Shown here: positions 16,744 through 20,000 of the stretch, piece after piece
How the letters are laid out: every line of letters begins with the position of its first letter
Numbering within the stretch: the stretch's first letter is position 1
Origin: an uncultured virus (IMG/VR IMGVR_UViG_3300042380_000159)
Taxonomy: Duplodnaviria; Heunggongvirae; Uroviricota; Caudoviricetes
Length of the DNA: 20,000 bases
Direction: 5' to 3' (one strand)
Virus record (IMG/VR): IMGVR_UViG_3300042380_000159
The notes under the pieces: model-generated
The model's input: only the letters and a program-made list of their open reading frames with translations
What the model was told of the DNA's origin: nothing
Database searches by the model: none
Translations under genes and position numbers: made by a program

Positions 16744-17651
16744 AGAACGCCTCCGGTCCAATCGGGGAGCGTGCGGGGCGGGAAGCCTGCGTAGCCACTC
16801 AGGGCAAAGGAGTCTTCGCCCGATAGCATCGACGTGCAGGTGGCGGCCTCGACCCATCCGGCCGACTTCTGGAACTGCGGCGGGAGGTTCTGGTCTACGC
16901 TGCCCGAGTAGCAGTCGCCCCACGAGTTCACGCACAGCAGGGCGGGCTTCGGGCTCCACCGCACACCGGCAAACATCATGCAGTGAGCCCACTGGCCCAT
17001 CGGCGTGAGGTAGCCATCGCGGAGCGTCATGGAGAATCCACGCATGGAGCACACGGCCACGGGGTAGCCGTTCTGGATCGCACGGGCGGCATCCTCAAAC
17101 GTCTTCACCAGGGCCACGCTCGAAACCTTGTGCTTCGCGGCGAACGGCTCGAACCGATCAGGCACACCGTCGCGGCCCCATTCGCGTTCACGCTGCCCCG
17201 AGTTGTCGGTGAACGCCACGCCGTCGTAGTTCACGCCGTAGTGCAGCGTCCCGTAGTTCGTCACGGCCTTCGCCGCCGCGCCGCCATAGGAACCGTCGCC
17301 CCCGAGGTTGCGGCCACCGCGAACCTCGACGCGGGAAAAGGCGTAGATGCTGGCTTCGAGCACACGCCCGCCGTAACTCTCCCGCTCGTTTCGCAGGAGA
17401 ATGTCGCAAGCCGCGAGGATGTCGCACGACAAGGCCCAGCCCCAGCCGACGCACGAGCCGATCTTCTGGGCTCCACGCTTCCAATCGGGGGCCACCTTGA
17501 GCAGGTAGTGCCCGAGGTTCACGTCTTTGCGCTCGTCGAGCACCAGGTCGGGGCCAGCCTGTGCGAGCGTCGGCCGGGCGAGCGTCGCCAGGAAGTCGTC
17601 GGTGCCCTTCCGGTCGGGCTGGTAGCCCATTAAGGGGATGAAGTCGGCCAC
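16740..17651 (-). CDS. Papain-like (C1) cysteine peptidase
   Basis: QKIGSCVGWG (oxyanion Gln and catalytic Cys), AHCM (His), VNSWG (Asn). Confidence 0.88.
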   Translation of the reverse strand: MADFIPLMGYQPDRKGTDDFLATLARPTLAQAGPDLVLDERKDVNLGHYLLKVAPDWKRGAQKIGSCVGWGWALSCDILAACDILLRNERESYGGRVLEASIYAFSRVEVRGGRNLGGDGSYGGAAAKAVTNYGTLHYGVNYDGVAFTDNSGQREREWGRDGVPDRFEPFAAKHKVSSVALVKTFEDAARAIQNGYPVAVCSMRGFSMTLRDGYLTPMGQWAHCMMFAGVRWSPKPALLCVNSWGDCYSGSVDQNLPPQFQKSAGWVEAATCTSMLSGEDSFALSGYAGFPPRTLPDWTGGVL

Positions 17652-17654
17652 GGT

Positions 17655-18134
17655 CTAGCCTCCGTTGCCGTAGCCAGCCCACGCAATCGCCCTGCACGCC
17701 TCGCCGTAGGCCCGCCGCAGGTCGGCGTCCACCGGCCGCACGTCAAGCCCGACCACGCCCGTCATCGCCTTCTCAACGGCTTCACGCAGGCCGGGGTACT
17801 GGCCCGGCTTCACGCCACCCAGACGACGCCAGGCGATGTCGAGCGACAGGACGGTGAAGCCCCGCAGCGATCGCGTGTCGGTGAATACCACCTCGGTGGT
17901 CACGGCGTCGCCCGCCACGACCACGGCCGCCTTCTCCCACACGCTCGCCCAAATGGCCCGCTCGGCCGGGCTGGCTGCTTTCAACGCACGGGCAACGTCG
18001 GCCACCTTCGTCTTCATCTCGTCGCTCACGTCCTCAACCACAAACGTCGGCGCAGCCTGCCTGGGCTGCGGCATCCCAAACGCCGCAACGCAGCCGAGTA
18101 CAAACGCGATGGCAAGCCGAGTACCAATGCTCAT
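17655..18134 (-). CDS. N-terminally anchored or secreted helical protein
   Basis: MSIGTRLAIAFVLGCVAAFGMP hydrophobic leader; ATGA overlap. Confidence 0.7.
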   Translation of the reverse strand: MSIGTRLAIAFVLGCVAAFGMPQPRQAAPTFVVEDVSDEMKTKVADVARALKAASPAERAIWASVWEKAAVVVAGDAVTTEVVFTDTRSLRGFTVLSLDIAWRRLGGVKPGQYPGLREAVEKAMTGVVGLDVRPVDADLRRAYGEACRAIAWAGYGNGG

Positions 18135-18412
18135 TTCTTCGCCTTCGAGGTGTTGCCGAGCATCACGTCGAGCAGCTGCTGGCACAGGGCCACGCCTTCG
18201 GTGCAGCCTGCCGCCTTGAGCCTCGTGGCCAGGTCAAGCACGATGTGCAAATCCTTCGCCGTCACGCTTGGGGCCGTTTCACTTGCGCCTTCCACCGCAC
18301 GGTCTTTCCAATGGGCTTGGGCTTTGCGAGCCACGGCGGCAATCGCGGGGCCAGCGACGAGACCAACTGCCGCCAGAGCGGCACAGACACGAATGACAGC
18401 ATCAAGGCTCAC
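18131..18412 (-). CDS. Single-pass membrane protein
   Basis: GTGA overlap at 18412; VIRVCAALAAVGLVAGPAIAAVA hydrophobic segment. Confidence 0.7.
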   Translation of the reverse strand: MSLDAVIRVCAALAAVGLVAGPAIAAVARKAQAHWKDRAVEGASETAPSVTAKDLHIVLDLATRLKAAGCTEGVALCQQLLDVMLGNTSKAKK

Positions 18413-18708
18413 TTCGCTCCCTCCACCTGGAGAAGGCACCACCGCAGCAACGCCTCGCCCTCCTTGGTCTTCATCACGTCGCCGATGTGCCGCACGAGTT
18501 GATCGTCGAGCGGGCTCGAAGTCTTGGCCGCGAGCCACTCGCAGGCGTCAGCCACGACGAGAGCCCGGCGGTGCGGGTCCATCTCGTTGACCAGCCGCTG
18601 GCCGTAGCCGATGAGCGGTGCCCAGGTTTGCAGCAGGCGAATCTGGTCCCAGATCGACAGGCCCGCCCCGTACTTGGCGGCTTCCTCAGGGGTCATCTCG
18701 TAACTCAT
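18409..18708 (-). CDS. Hypothetical protein
   Basis: ATG at 18708 with AGGAGG; WLAAKTSSPLDDQLV resembles the TxxxxDD motif of small phage lysis-region proteins. Confidence 0.7.
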   Translation of the reverse strand: MSYEMTPEEAAKYGAGLSIWDQIRLLQTWAPLIGYGQRLVNEMDPHRRALVVADACEWLAAKTSSPLDDQLVRHIGDVMKTKEGEALLRWCLLQVEGAK

Positions 18709-18720
18709 GGCGGGCACCTC

Positions 18721-18972
18721 CTACCCCGAGTCTGCCCCGCCACCCCCTCCGTCTTGCAGTTCGTCCGACAAGCCGTTCACCGTGTCATTGCAGAAGTCGT
18801 AGAACCAGTCGAAGCAATCCCGCGTCTCCTGCCGGGCTTCCTTCACGTCCAGGCGGTACGGCCAGCGGAAATGGTCGCCATCCTTCACGGTGCCGTCGCC
18901 TTCGCAGAGGTAGACGCTGATGTACTTCTGCGAGAAATCCACGACGATCTTGCCCAGGATCGGGTCGCTCAT
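18721..18972 (-). CDS. Hypothetical acidic protein
   Basis: ATGA overlap and GGAGG upstream. Confidence 0.7.
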   Translation of the reverse strand: MSDPILGKIVVDFSQKYISVYLCEGDGTVKDGDHFRWPYRLDVKEARQETRDCFDWFYDFCNDTVNGLSDELQDGGGGGADSG

Positions 18973-19313
18973 TCGCCGCCCTCCATGTGCCGCAGATCCT
19001 CGGGCGTCTCAATCTGCCGCAGCGTGAACTGCGTGGGCTTCGTGACCGCCCGCTCGTAGCGGGTGTGCTCGTCCCATCGGGCCTGAATCTCCTTGCAGGC
19101 TTGCTCGATCTCGCGGGGCGTGGGGTCGCGCTGGCGTTCGGGCTTGAAGCGGAACCGGCGATCGTGCCGGGGCGGCAGGTGGGCGACGGCCTTCAGCCTT
19201 ATGAGCTGGTCCTTCGTGATCGTCCAATGCGTGCAGATGGCGTACATCGACGAGTGCGATGCCCACTGAATCCGCAGCGTCTGGAAATCAATGGTCGCCG
19301 TCACGCCCGCCAT
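18969..19313 (-). CDS. Hypothetical protein
   Basis: Overlaps both neighbours; DPTPREIEQACKEIQARW motif. Confidence 0.7.
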   Translation of the reverse strand: MAGVTATIDFQTLRIQWASHSSMYAICTHWTITKDQLIRLKAVAHLPPRHDRRFRFKPERQRDPTPREIEQACKEIQARWDEHTRYERAVTKPTQFTLRQIETPEDLRHMEGGE

Positions 19314-20000
19314 CGGTTTGCTCCAGCCAGTGCATCACCATCCGCATTGATGGGTCCATGTAGAGCCGCTGCCCCGTCCGCTCCGCAATGCTGCGGTGGA
19401 AGGCAATGTGCTCGCTATCCGTCTCGCCGTCGTAGTGGCCGCGCAGGTAGGCGAAGGCGTCGTAAACCGCCATGCCGCCAAACGCAGAGCAGACGGCGAA
19501 CGGCGGCGAACCCACTGCGGGCAAGTGTTGATGCTTCCAGCCGCCGAGCCCGGCGGTGTAGTCGTCCCAGTAGGCGTTGAGACGGTAGGCCCAGGCGTCG
19601 TAGTGAACCCAGCCATGCACTAGTTTCGGCTGCCTGTCCTCGCCCATTGCCATCGTCGGGTGCTGGATCAGCGACACGCTCGCCATGCCGTAAGCGTCGG
19701 GCGTATCGGCCAGCGCACCCACACCATGCAGGAAGCCCGAGTGTGACCACCCGCCCCACGCATCCCAATCCACGACCACCACGAAGTCGGCGTTGGCGTG
19801 GTGCTTGCGGACCCACTCTTGGCACGCGGTGCGGTACTCAGCCAGCGCGATCGTGCGGCGGCCCGCGAACTCGGCCCCGTAGTGCTCGCGGCCCAGCGTG
19901 CGATCTTGAAACGACGCCTGCCGGTGGGCACCGCAGAACGTCTCCAGCACTTCCACCGTGTCGTCTGCATTGTCGTTAGTTTCGACCCGAAGAGCCCACG
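19288..20000 (-). CDS. GT-A glycosyltransferase-like protein (5' partial)
   Basis: The frame is open to the window end (..VETNDNADDTVEVL..). FVVVVDWD (DxD), VCSAFGGMAVY and DSEHIAFH resemble CAP59/GT2-like viral glycosyltransferases. Confidence 0.75.
   Translation of the reverse strand, partial: WALRVETNDNADDTVEVLETFCGAHRQASFQDRTLGREHYGAEFAGRRTIALAEYRTACQEWVRKHHANADFVVVVDWDAWGGWSHSGFLHGVGALADTPDAYGMASVSLIQHPTMAMGEDRQPKLVHGWVHYDAWAYRLNAYWDDYTAGLGGWKHQHLPAVGSPPFAVCSAFGGMAVYDAFAYLRGHYDGETDSEHIAFHRSIAERTGQRLYMDPSMRMVMHWLEQTDGGRDGDH

Noticed and set aside
1..20000. tRNA, rRNA, integrase or transposase
   Set aside because: None recognisable; prophage versus free phage cannot be decided from this window

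Overview
A GC-rich tailed dsDNA phage or prophage segment with all credible genes on the minus strand and many overlapping stop/start codons. In transcription order (right to left) it has five blocks. (1) A partial GT-A glycosyltransferase and small hypothetical genes. (2) A membrane-protein cluster around a papain-like (C1) cysteine peptidase, a CxxCxGxG zinc-finger protein and a holin-like gene, which may be a non-canonical lysis cassette. (3) A collagen fibre protein whose FGE-sulfatase/C-type-lectin-fold domain appears circularly permuted, with neighbouring putative structural genes. (4) A ~2.5 kb accessory island (short C5 methyltransferase, DUF551, small ORFs) whose gene ends repeatedly carry a GTGCGCTA-like motif, plus an AT-rich hairpin-dense spacer. 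(5) An HK97-type morphogenesis module: HNH, TerS, TerL, portal, prohead protease, an unannotated zinc-finger ORF, major capsid, a second glycosyltransferase, head-tail connector, head closure, gp10-like protein, tail terminator and two tandem tail-tube-like paralogs. A Planctomycetota-like host is an inference only. Family calls come from motif recognition; no database searches were run.
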